Source: Macrostomum lignano
Lineage: Eukaryota
DNA length: 64,000 nucleotides
Direction: 5' to 3'
NCBI GenBank assembly: GCA_002269645.1
Contig: NIVC01001263.1
Location: forward strand, 62,001 to 126,000
The notes under the pieces were generated by a model. The model saw only the letters and a program-made list of their open reading frames with translations. It was not told the origin of the DNA and did not search any database. The number at the start of each line of letters is the position of its first letter. Within the stretch, counting starts at the first letter, position 1. The translations under genes and the position numbers were made by a program. Of this stretch, positions 1-19,697 are shown one piece after another.

Positions 1-1318
1 AAAGCTAATTAGTTAATAATAAAATACAAATACAAAGGTTATTTGAGTATTATTAGCAGGTGCAGCAGAAAGTTACAAAAGATTAGGAAAGGAGTAAATC
101 AAAGCAATCCATGCTCACGCGCAAGCAATAAAGTTCATAATTTTTTATGAGTGTAATTCATAATTAAAGCTCATTAGTAAGAAATTGTTACTTTGCATGA
201 TCATTGTCATTAAGAGATTAATTGGGCATTTAGGTAAATTCAAATATATCCAGTTGTAACTTCTCTTCAGACTTATATTTTTGTTCTTTCTTTGCATCTT
301 TGGTCATTGACATTGGCATTAACTTTAACATTGAATTTGTCATTAACTCACAACATTAATAATGCAATTTTTTTAATCCATTAGTTCAAAAAAAATCCTA
401 ATGGCAGTCTGTTAATGTTAATGAAAAATCTTAACACTTAAAATCTTAACACTTAAAGTCTTAATGCTTATTAATGGATTAACACAGTTTATTAATAGAC
501 TAGTACCCAACACTGGTTCTGGTAGTGTTCTTAATAGCATTCTGGTAGCATCTAGTGTATAATTTTGACCTGAGAGGTCCTACTAGTATTGGTATATGTA
601 CTTTTTTCCAGTCTGGGTGTTACTAAGATTAGAAGGTCATGGCACTTATTCCTAGTACTCCTTTTTGCATGAATTCCAATTCCTTACTTTCTGACCTTCA
701 CAACACTCTTAGAACTCTGATAAATAAGCAATGATCTAAGAAGAGTTATTGAACATGTGACAAAAATTATTGTATATAGATTTTAAATTTTTGTATAAAA
801 ATATGCTGGGCAATAAACTATGTTTCTATTTAAAATTTTAGGCTTATATTTCCAATCTGGACAAAACTATAATTTTTTGCACTATACAAAAATTAGACCA
901 AAGTTTTACAACTTTTATTAATTGACCAGTTTTCTAAAGTAAAGTGTCTTATCAATCTTTTGGTATTGATAAATATAAATACTTTCTCATATTTAATTTT
1001 TTCTTTTGAAAATTGTAGCTTCTATTCAATCTAATGATGAATATTATTATGGATTCAATAGAGATATTGATAATAGATTGTTAACTGCTAACTTATAAAA
1101 CTGTTAATATTGATAAGAGCTGTATAGATGAAAAGCAACAATAAACAATGGTTGTAAGTGCAGATGGACAGCTGGCTAGCCATGGTATTAGTTGTGTGAC
1201 TGCTTTGAGTTGTAAGTCTATTATATCTACCAATCACTAAATTACGCTAATTGACCACCAATTAAGTTTACCCACCTAACTGATATATGAGAGACAAATC
1301 TTTCAAGCCACATTATTA

Positions 1319-2636
1319 CAAGGTGTGATCAAAAAGTTCTGCAAGTGACCTCACAACTCAGTGTTACAGCAGCCACGGCGTCTAATCAGTGTCACATTCC
1401 CTCAAAGTACTTTCCACCACTATCTATGCACCATCGCAATGCGTATGCACCATGTCTGAAAGCAGTCATGGTACTCCGAAGTTGGTATACCCTGTAGAGC
1501 TGAATGTAACGCTTGGGCAAGGTCTTGTATGCGTGAAAACGGCCTCCCAGAAATGACGGATTTGATCCTCAGGAACAGCCAAAAGTCGCACGGTGCTAGG
1601 TCTAGAGAGTAGGGTGGATGGGGCAACATCCGGACCCCCTGCTGCTCCAGGTACACCAAGGTTGAGGCCGCTTTGTGCGGTGCCGCATTGTCATGGTGCA
1701 GCAGGAGTCGAGGTCCATGCCTGGTTCGCACACGTTCCTGCCGCTCCTGCAGCACGCCTGGTAGAACAGTGTCTGTGTAGTACCTGGCAGTCACTGTGGC
1801 ACCCGCTGGAAGGATGTTCACCGATACAACACCCTGAGAGTTGAAAAAATGGTGAATATCCGCTTCCGACTGCGGAATCCGGTCTTCAGCACCTTAGGCC
1901 TAGGCTCATCTTCTGCCAGCCAGACCATGTTGGACTGCTCATCCTTCATGGTAGAGAAGGAGATCCAACTTTTGTCTCCTGTGATGACATCCGACAGTCG
2001 TCGTGGGCCGTGGGGCTCAAAAATTTGCAGTCACAAGTGACAGATGCGCACCCTCTTTGCTTGCTGCTCCGGAGTGAGAAGATGGGGTACCCACCGAGCG
2101 CAGGTCTTTGTGCGGCCTAGTTGCTCATGCATGATGTTATGAGTACTTCCATAGCTGACACCAAGCTCATAGGCAAGGAATCTCAGCATAATGCTCCAAT
2201 TCTCACGAATTATTGCATCGGCATGGGCCACGACATCTTCGGTCACGGATGTCCGGGATCGGCCAGACCTTGGTTCATCGTTGAAGCTGTCCCAGCCTTC
2301 CAAGAAATAGCGCAGCCAGCGGGCAACCATGTCAAATGATGGAGCAGAGTCAGCTAAAACATTCACCAGATCGGTATGAATCTCAGTGACTTTGCAACCA
2401 AGTTGCATGCACATAAAGATGTAGAAGCGAACACTGTCTTTTGATGTTTCCATCAGCTACTGAAAACACATGGAAAATATATGGCTATGAAATTTGACTG
2501 GGGCACATTTGGAAGCCAAAAATTCATATAAATATAGCAAACAGATATAGCCACGTATGTGCAAGTTTTTGGCTTTTGCCGATTCTATAACTAAAAGCTA
2601 TAACAAAAGGTTGCAGAACTTTTTGATCACCCCTCG
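1319..2636 (-). mobile_element. Mariner (Tc1/mariner, D,D34D) DNA transposon, full length but inactivated
   Basis: 26-bp TIRs: CAAGGTGTGATCAAAAAGTTCTGCAA at 1319-1344 and its inverse at 2611-2636 (2 mismatches), with TA on both flanks (1317-1318, 2637-2638). Transposase remnants on the minus strand at about 2453-1392 carry WVPHLL, ITGDKSW, HDNAAPH and YSLDLAPCDFWLF, with 34 residues between the 2nd and 3rd Asp. There is an in-frame TGA at 2031-2033 and frameshifts near 1845 and 1440. Confidence 0.95.
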
Positions 2637-3347
2637 TATGTACCCATTTGAACTGCAGATTTCTAAGAAAATAATTATAAAAATAAAAATGTGCAAAAGT
2701 AAAGGATCACAACACTAGTGTCTTTTAATTTTGTAAATGAGATGTATTAAATTAACTAAAACTATTAAACAAATAACTTCAAAAATCTAACTAAATTCCC
2801 TAGTATTAGCAATGAGATATATGATTTTTGAATATGTAAGTATATATTGTTAGAATAGACATTAAATACTTGGTTTAATATACAATCTTGTGAAAATGTT
2901 AGTATACTAGAAATAAAAAATCTTTTTGACTAATATAAATCAAACAACATTTTTTCTTTGAAATTAAGTCATTTATATAATACTAGAAACTCAAAACTGC
3001 TACCAGTCAATACATTGATTTATACATGTAATAAAACTAAGAGTTCTGATAACTTATGTACCCAATTTAGGCTCTGCTGTTAATTCAATGGTAATTATAT
3101 AAACTAGCCTAGTTATTTCAAGTGTGCACTAACTAAATGGCATTTTCAATTCCCACCAAAACTTTTAGATCAGAGGCGTGAAAAAGTGCACTATGATAAA
3201 ATTACTGCACGCATTCAGAGCCTCTGCAGCGGCTTGAATGAAGACTATGTTGAGCCAGTAAGTGCCTTCACATTGCCTACTAGTTAGTAGCCAGTAGCAT
3301 GTATGTAATTCAGCACTTGTATCTTGGCTCTGCCTTTCAATGCGCAG

Positions 3348-6300
3348 GCGGCGATTACGCGCAAGGTGATTAGCGGGCTTTACCCGGGCGTCACAACCTC
3401 CGAGTTGGACAACCTGGCAGCTGAGACGGCCGCCACGATGACAACAAAGCACCCGGACTATGCCATCCTGGCCGCTCGCATTGCCGTGTCCAACCTGCAC
3501 AAGGACACCAAGGCAAAGTTCTCCGAGGTGATGACTGACCTGTACGAGTACGTGAATCCCAAGACTGGCCTGCACTCGCCTATGGTGACGCGCAACTTCC
3601 TGGATTTCGTGCTGGCCAATCGCGAGCGCCTTGACTCCGCTATCGATTTTGAGCGCGACCTGCACTATAACTACTTCGGCTTCAAGACCTTGGAGAGGTC
3701 CTACCTGTTAAAGATTAACAAGCGAGTCGCCGAGCGGCCGCAGCACCTGCTGATGCGCGTGGCCTGCGGCATCCACTGCGGCAACGTGGAGGCGGCCATC
3801 GAGTCCTACGAGCTCATGTCGCACAGGTGGTTCACCCACGCCAGTCCTACTCTGTTTAATGCCGGCACACCGAAGCCGCAGCTGAGCTCCTGCTTCCTGC
3901 TCACCATGAAGGACGACAGCATTGAGGGCATCTACGACACTCTGAAGCAGTGCGCCCTCATCTCCAAGTCTGCTGGCGGAGTCGGCCTCAACATTCACTG
4001 CATTCGCAGCACCGGCTCCTACATTGCCGGCACCAATGGCACCTCGAATGGCATTGTGCCCTTGCTGAGGGTGTTTAACAATACGGCCAGGTAATTATAA
4101 TATCTATTTGTTTCTTACTTCCCTTTACTGCTAAAGTTAAAGATTAATCATGCTATCCCCAGATCACGGGATAATATGCGCAGGGGGTTTTATATACCCT
4201 CAGGCAGGGGATAATGTATGCAGGGGATCCCCAGGGAGATGATGTGTGCAGGGGATCCTCAGGGAGGGGATAATGTATGCAGGGGATCCCCAGGGAGGAG
4301 ATGATGTGTGCAGGGGATCCTCAGGGAGGGGATAATGTGTGCAAGGGATCCCCAGGGAGGAGATGATGTGTGCAGGGGATCCTCAGGGAGGGGATAATGT
4401 GTGCAAGGGATCCCCAGGGAGGAGATGATTTGTGCAGGGGATCCTCAGGTAGGGGATAATGTGTGCAAGGGATCCCCAGGGAGGAGATGATGTGTGCAGG
4501 CGATCCTCAGGGAGGGGATAATGTATGCAGGGGATCCTCAGAGAGGAGATAGTGTGTGCAGGGATCCTCAGAGACGAGATAGTGTGTGCAGGGATCCTCA
4601 GAGACGAGATAGTGTGTGCAGGGATCCTCAGAGACGAGATAGTGTGTGCAGGGATCCTCAGAATTTAACCCAACTCATAAGCCACTCGCCCCCCCATCGG
4701 CAGGTATGTTGACCAGGGCGGCAACAAGCGGCCCGGTGCATTCGCCATCTACCTGGAGCCTTGGCACCCGGATGTGTTCGAATTCCTCGACCTGCGCAAG
4801 AACACCGGCAAAGATGAGAATCGAGCCCGCGACCTGTTCTACGCGCTCTGGGTGCCGGACCTCTTCATGCAGCGCGTCGAGTCCAACGGCCAGTGGACCC
4901 TCATGGACCCGCACGAGTGTCCCGGCCTGTCCGATGCCTGGGGCGCGGATTTCGTCAAGCTGTACGAGTCATACGAATCGGCCGGCAAGGGGCGCAAGAC
5001 AGTGCGCGCCCAGGAGCTCTGGTACGCAATTATCGAGGCCCAGATCGAGACTGGCACGCCCTACATGCTGTACAAGGACTCGTGCAACTCCAAGAGCAAC
5101 CAGCAGCACCTTGGCACCATCAAGTGCTCAAACCTGTGCACGGAGATTGTCGAATACAGCAGCCCAGATGAGGTGGCAGTGTGCAATCTGGCCAGCGTAG
5201 CACTGAACAGGTGAGAAACGGTTTGTAATTTAATTTGCTCCGTCTGCGAGTTTTTTTGCTTATTAGAGGTGTGACCGCGCTCACGTTAAAAACGGTACCG
5301 TGACAAGAGTTGCCTAAAAGCTGTTGAAAACAACTCTCTAGTGGCTCTACGGCGACTCTTGTGGCTTTTTAACGACTCAAACTCGTCTAATACGACGGAG
5401 AGGCGACTGTTACGTCACAGGTGCGTCACGCGAGTTGTAGAATCGTGAAAGAGTCGTCCAAGAATCGTTGCGTTGGTGTTTAACTCAACAGAGCGCTTTT
5501 GCGACTTTTAGCGATTGAAGAACGCCGCTGAAGCGCTGGAGACGCGACTAATTCCCGGCCTAAGCAACGCAAACCGCTTCAAGAAACTCATGACACACTA
5601 CACAGCGACTCTAGCACGCCTCAAATTCGACTCTACGGCCCCAGAGCCGCAGACAATAAACCAAACGCTTCAAAGTGATTCTTGGACGACTTTTTGAGGA
5701 CTTGTGCCATGACATCTCGCCGTTTTATAGTCGTTTAGAGTCATTTCTCTCCTATTTTACCTGACTCTGAAACGATTTTGGGGTGACGCAAGTGACGCTT
5801 CTTGGCCTAACCGCCTGGGTACCATCTCGGGACCGTATTGACTGATAATCCACTCTCTCCATCCGCCAGGTTCGTGAAGGAGCCCGGACAGTTCGACTTC
5901 GCCATGCTGCGTCACGTGACCCACGTTGTTGTCCGCAACCTGAACCGCATCATCGACATCAACTTCTACCCGGTGCCGGAGGCCGAGCGCTCCAACATGC
6001 GCCACCGGCCCATCGGCATCGGCGTGCAGGGTCTGGCGGACGCCTTCCAGCTGATGCGCTACGCCTGGGAGTCCCCGGAGGCCGCCCAGCTCAACAAGGA
6101 CATCTTCGCCACCATCTATTATTCAGCGCTGGAGGCCAGCTGCATGGAGGCCCGCAAGTTCGGGCCGCACGAGACCCATCCGGGCAGCCCGGCCAGCAAG
6201 GGCATCCTGCAGCCGGACATGTGGTCCGTGGCCACGCCGGACAGGCCGGACATTGGCCTGAACTGGACTCAGCTGCGGGCGGACATTGCCAAGTACGGCC

Positions 6301-7109
6301 TGCGCAATAGCCTCCTGCTGGCCCCGATGCCTACCGCCTCCACAGCTCAAATTCTCGGCAACAATGAGAGCATTGAGGCCTACACTAGCAATGTGTACAG
6401 CAGGCGGGTTCTGTCCGGCGAATTCCAGGTGGTTAATCCGCATCTGCTGCGCGACCTCACCAGGCTGGGTCTCTGGTCAGACGATCTGAAGACTGCAATC
6501 GTGGCTAACCAGGTGAGTCGTATGCATCAATAATTAGCTATTTAGAGACATCCTGGTTGGCGCATTGGCCTTTGAGCGGCCATTCTGAAATTCGACTCTG
6601 AAAAGGACAATTAGATACGAAGTATTATATGTTCTATGCACATGTTCTATCCCAGCTGACCCATTGTCACTCCGCAGGGCTCCGTCCAGAGCATCGATGG
6701 CATACCGCAGGAGGTGAAGGACCTGTACAAGACGGTGTGGGAGATCCCGCAGAAGCGCATCATGGAAATGGCCGCCGACCGCGGCGCCTACATTGACCAG
6801 AGCCAGAGCCTGAACCTGCACATCGCCCAGCCCAACTTTGCCAAGATCACCAGCATGCACTTCTTCGCCTGGCGCAGCGGCCTGAAGACCGGCATGTACT
6901 ACCTGCGCACCAGGCCGGCCGCCCAGCCAATCCAGTTCACCGTGGACAAGGCCAGGGTTCGGGTCAAGGGCAAGGAGAACGACGCCTCCGAACCGGCTGG
7001 CGACACCAAGCAGGCGGAGGCCGCTATGCAGGAGCTCCGCCTGCAGAACCAGAAGGACATGCTCTGCTCGCTGGAGAACAAGGAGGCCTGTCTGAGCTGC
7101 CAGGGCTGA
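3348..7109 (+). CDS. RRM1: Ribonucleoside-diphosphate reductase large subunit (class Ia R1), 5'-partial
   Basis: Exons 3348-4090, 4704-5210, 5870-6512 and 6678-7109 (GT-AG, phases consistent, 774 aa). Motifs: LSSCFLL, SNLCTEI (catalytic N-C-E), [22 protein letters not shown] and C-terminal CLSC. About 36 N-terminal ATP-cone residues are missing, so exon 1 should lie upstream of the window. Confidence 0.97.
4168..4661. repeat. Intronic minisatellite, ~30-bp units (partly a 61-bp dimer)
   Basis: GGGATCCTCAGAGACGAGATAGTGTGTGCA and related units inside an RRM1 intron. Confidence 0.9.
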
Positions 7110-7885
7110 GCCAGCTATTGAGTGCTGTTTTTCAGCTTTAAACTACTTTAAGTAGCTACCAAACTGTGTTTTTATCTCAATTTTTTCTACTAAAGTCCCA
7201 ATATTTTTATAAAACTTTTTAAACACTTTCCATATTTGATCAGCTATTTAATGCGAGGCATTTCATACCTGCTTTGAGTACTGCTTGTCTATTTTCTACA
7301 GTTCAGTGACGTTCGGTGCTAATTTTACAAGCTAACAGGCAGCGTTTTGCATGGCGCAATTCCTACCCTAATAAGTAAAAATGATTACTCACTGCACTGT
7401 TTTGTGTTTGTCCGCATTTTATTACAATCGTACTCTGAAGCTTGTCTCTAAGTCTCAATAATGCTTTTAATCTGAACTCCCGAAATGTTTTTATTGTTAC
7501 ACCAATTTTTGTCCTTTATTTTATAGTCCCAACAGTTTTCTTTTGTTACAATAATCAATCTGTGGTGCGAAATTCGTAATGTTTATATATTTATAGTGCA
7601 CAATTTGTAAGCCACTTTTATTATCATCCTGCCCTTAATTAAACTGATTTAAATATTACAGTGCACCGAGTCGGTCCGGCCGCTGCCCCAATATAATTTA
7701 ATCCTATGCCAACTCTCTTTATTCGAAAAAATTGATTTATTAGACTTCTTAAATCTCATTTTACTTACGAGTAAACCACTGAACCACATTAGACTTGATA
7801 AATGCGTCACAGTGACCACAGAGCGGCAGTTGTGTGTACGAGCGTAGATAAAGGAGAGGATTGCTTCTTAACCTTGAAAGCATCA

Positions 7886-8122
7886 CAAGTCCGAACCTTC
7901 ACAAGTTCCAAATTTCGCAAGTCCGAACCCCTTCACTAGTTCCAAATTTCGCAAGTCCGAACCCCTTCACTAGTTCCAAATTTCGCAAGTCCGAACCCCT
8001 TCACTAGTTCCAAATTTCGCAAGTCCGAACCCCTTCACTAGTTCCAAATTTCGCAAGTCCGAACCTTCACAAGTTCCAAATTTCGCAAGTCCGAACCTTT
8101 CACAAGTCAAAATTTCACAAGT
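7886..8122. repeat. 34-bp minisatellite, ~7 copies
   Basis: Unit GTCCGAACCCCTTCACTAGTTCCAAATTTCGCAA. Confidence 0.9.
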
Positions 8123-9357
8123 TAATTATGCATTGATGCAACCCCTTCATACCACTGCACAAGTGTAGTTTTGTCAAGACTCATTGGAATACTACTGTAT
8201 TCCACCAAACAAAAAGTGATACACTGCAAGTTTTTTGTCTGTGAGCCTAGAAAAACAGCTTACTCAAAAGTTATTCAGTGTAACATTATCAGATAAGCAC
8301 GGTGAGTCTAGCTGGCCAATTTTAATTTGCATGACTTCATAAGTGACTCCAAACTCTTGAAATCTAAATTGATAAATAAGTTCGGTGACGCATTGCAGAC
8401 CAGAAGGCGTGCCTGTGCGCAACTGCTTGGGCAGGCAAGGCTATTGACTAACATTATACTTAGCACACAGCGGGGACAGGGGCTGCCTTACCCCGCTGCT
8501 GCTGTCTGCTGCATTTTCGCCTTTCCTTTCTCCGCTCTCTTACTTTCCCGTTGCTGCGTACATTTTATCTGCAAGTGGAGCGCCCGCCCCAGCCCGCTCG
8601 GATGTGCGGTCCGGTGGTCCCGGTGTGCGCGGCTCGTACACTGGGCGAGGAGGCGGGCGCTCCAAGGTGGCAGGAAGGAGATCTCTGCTGCACCCGCAGC
8701 GGAGTGTAAATCTACAGTCCTACACTGCGCGCCATGTGTAATAAAAGATCTCTTGGACAGATCTGCTCAGCTTCTCCACGGAGAACCTGAGCTGTCATCA
8801 TCTATCAGTTGCGAGCAAACGTTTCTGGCTGATCCGGTAAGGCAACTGGGAATTCTGTCATGCTACTGCCAGCGATTTCCCTGCTGAGGATATTTGACAT
8901 CTTGGGGAAAATTGGCATGGCATGCCAGCAATGCAACTGGTTGCTTCAAATGTTGAACAAGTCACTTGCAATAAAAATACGAGGCTTTCATTTAAAAGAG
9001 CTAGTTTGTCGAAAATGAATTTCTGCAAGCTCGCTGATCAAAGAGTGGATAGATTTTCTGCTTATTTAAATCAAGGACTAATCAAGTAGGACGGACATTT
9101 CTTGGAAACATTTTAAAGGCCGGTTTGACCGAAAAAATAAATTGCGGTGAATTTCTTCAGCAAAAAAAATTATTGCTTTTGATAGAAGGCAGACCCAATA
9201 TTTATCTTTTGAAATGCCTGGCCTTCTTATGGCTCTATTGATATTTGTACTTAGGATTCTATGTTAATTTTACATGTACATCCTACGTACATGCCCAGTG
9301 CCAATTTTCTAAGATATGTAGTTTCCCGTTAATCTACTTGAATAGTATATCACTAGC

Positions 9358-9565
9358 TATCACTGGCAGTCACTGTTACTGGCAGTCACTGTTACTGGCA
9401 GTCAGTTGTCACTGGCACTAAGCTGTCACTGGCAGTCAGTTGTCACTGGCAGTCAGTTGTCACTGGCACTCAGTTGTCATTTGCAGTCAGTTGTCTCTGG
9501 CAGTCATTTGCAGTCAGTTGTCTCTGGCAGTCAATTGTCACTGACAGTTGTCACTGGCAGTCAGC
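9358..9565. repeat. ~17-bp degenerate tandem repeat
   Basis: CTGGCAGTCAGTTGTCA-like units just upstream of the GRAMD4 ATG. Confidence 0.8.
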
Positions 9566-9772
9566 GGTAGTAGACGCAGAAATCGTTAATCTTTGCTTTA
9601 GTCAGTGCCCGTGTAGGTTCATGTAGATGAATGTGGGGTTGCGACTAAAAGATTGCCGGGTTGTGAAGTGTAGAAGACCCCAGCAGGCACCATTCGAGTG
9701 ACTTCTTATAATTGATAGTGGATTTTCTAAAGTTCCTCCTTTATAAATCGTAAATGAATTGCGCCATCAAGG

Positions 9773-17959
<8,187 letters not shown>

Positions 17960-18202
17960 CCCCTCAGGGCTGACAGACTCCAGCTCATTCTCCCATGAAC
18001 ACTGCGCTCATATTTATCCTGATATTCCGCTTTCATCTGTAGCAGAGGGCTGTGTGATCCTCGGGCACTCAAATTGACCAAGAGCAAATAAATCCTCCGA
18101 CCTGCTCTTACCCGAAAATTGCGATTTGCGGCTGTTGTCTGCGTCTTAAATTGATTTAAAATGGCGTTTTAGCCTGACTAAGTCCCTTGCGAATAATCAG
18201 TA

Positions 18203-19395
18203 CCTGCCAGTTGTCTGTCAGTGAGTGATGAGGTGACTGCCAGTTGTCTGTCAGTGAGTGATGAGGTGACTGCCAGTTGTCTGTCAGTGAGTGATGGGTG
18301 ACTGCCAGTTGTCTGTCAGTGAGTGATGGGTGACTGCCAGTTGTCTGTCAGTGAGTGATGAGGTGACTGCCAGTTGTCTGTCAGTGAGTGATGAGGTGAC
18401 TGCCAGTTGTCTGTCAGTGAGTGATGAGGTGACTGCCAGTTGTCTGTCAGTGAGTGATGAGGTGACTGCCAGTTGTCTGTCAGTGAGTGATGAGGTGACT
18501 GCCAGTTGTCTGTCAGTGAGTGATGAGGTGACTGCCAGTTGTCTGTCAGTGAGTGATGAGTGACTGCCAGTTGTCTGTCAGTGAGTGATGAGGTGACTGC
18601 CAGTTGTCTGTCAGTGAGTGATGGGTGACTGCCAGTTGTCTGTCAGTGAGTGATGAGGTGACTGCCAGTTGTCTGTCAGTGAGTGATGAGGTGACTGCCA
18701 ATTGTCTGTCAGTGAGTGATGAGGTGACTGCCAGTTGTCTGTCAGTGAGTGATGAGGTGACTGCCAGTTGTCTGTCAGTGAGTGATGAGGTGACTGCCAG
18801 TTGTCTGTCAGTGAGTGATGAGGTGACTGCCAGTTGTCTGTCAGTGAGTGATGAGTGACTGCCAGTTGTCTGTCAGTGAGTGATGAGGTGACTGCCAGTT
18901 GTCTGTCAGTGAGTGATGAGTGACTGCCAGTTGTCTGTCAGTGAGTGATGAGGTGACTGCCAGTTGTCTGTCAGTGAGTGATGAGGCTGCCAGTTGTCTG
19001 TCAGTGAGTGATGAGGTGACTGCCAGTTGTCTGTCAGTGAGTGATGGGTGACTGCCAGTTGTCTGTCAGTGAGTGATGAGGCTGCCAGTTGTCTGTCAGT
19101 GAGTGATGAGGTGACTGCCAGTTGTCTGTCAGTGAGTGATGGGTGACTGCCAGTTGTCTGTCAGTGAGTGATGAGGCTGCCAGTTGTCTGTCAGTGAGTG
19201 ATGAGGTGACTGCCAGTTGTCTGTCAGTGAGTGATGAGGTGACTGCCAGTTGTCTGTCAGTGAGTGATGGGTGACTGCCAGTTGTCAATCAATTAGTGAT
19301 GAGGTGACTGCCAGTTGTCTGTCAGTGAGTGACGAGGTGACTGCCAGTTGTCTGTCAGTGAGTGACGAGGTGACTGTCAGTTGTCAATTAGTGAT
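18203..19395. repeat. 33-bp minisatellite filling the GRAMD4-receptor intergenic space
   Basis: (GTGACTGCCAGTTGTCTGTCAGTGAGTGATGAG)n, about 35 copies. Confidence 0.97.
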
Positions 19396-19474
19396 GAGTT
19401 GCCTGTTTGCCTTCGCACTAGCAGCCGATGAAGCTCATCTGGCCAAGAATCGCCGGTACCTGCTGAGCCGTGCG

Positions 19475-19577
19475 CTGATTGGCTGGGTGCGGGTGACCAG
19501 TTCTTTCTCGACCCTCATCTGAGCCGCACTGGCTGGAGACAGACGGCAGGGGTGCGGTGACTTTGCGTATAATTTAA
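19475..19577 (+). promoter_or_regulatory. Possible proximal promoter of the PstS-receptor gene
   Basis: Reverse CCAAT box CTGATTGGCT at 19475-19484 and TATA-like TATAATTTAA at 19568-19577, about 120 nt before the ATG at 19698. Motif evidence only. Confidence 0.35.
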
Positions 19578-19697
19578 TCCTGGCGGGATGCGGCATCCGG
19601 CAGGCAGTCCGGAGAATTTTAGCGCAGCCTCCATAGCCACCGCTGGACTCGGGACTCTAGGAGGGGGCTTTGACCTCCCTGCCGACTCTTAGCAAGC

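Noticed and set aside
3165-6860. Antisense and alternate-frame ORFs over RRM1 exons, and similar ones over the receptor, pacifastin-like and RLR exons
   Set aside because: Shadow ORFs expected from GC-rich codon usage; no recognisable motifs.
7663-7675. GCACCGAGTCGGT, identical to the 3' hairpin of the SpCas9 tracr/sgRNA scaffold
   Set aside because: Only 13 nt match, none of the remaining scaffold is present, and the match was noticed post hoc. Treated as chance.
8327-8887. 186-aa ORF between RRM1 and GRAMD4
   Set aside because: TTG start, no domain similarity, no convincing splice pattern, and mixed composition.
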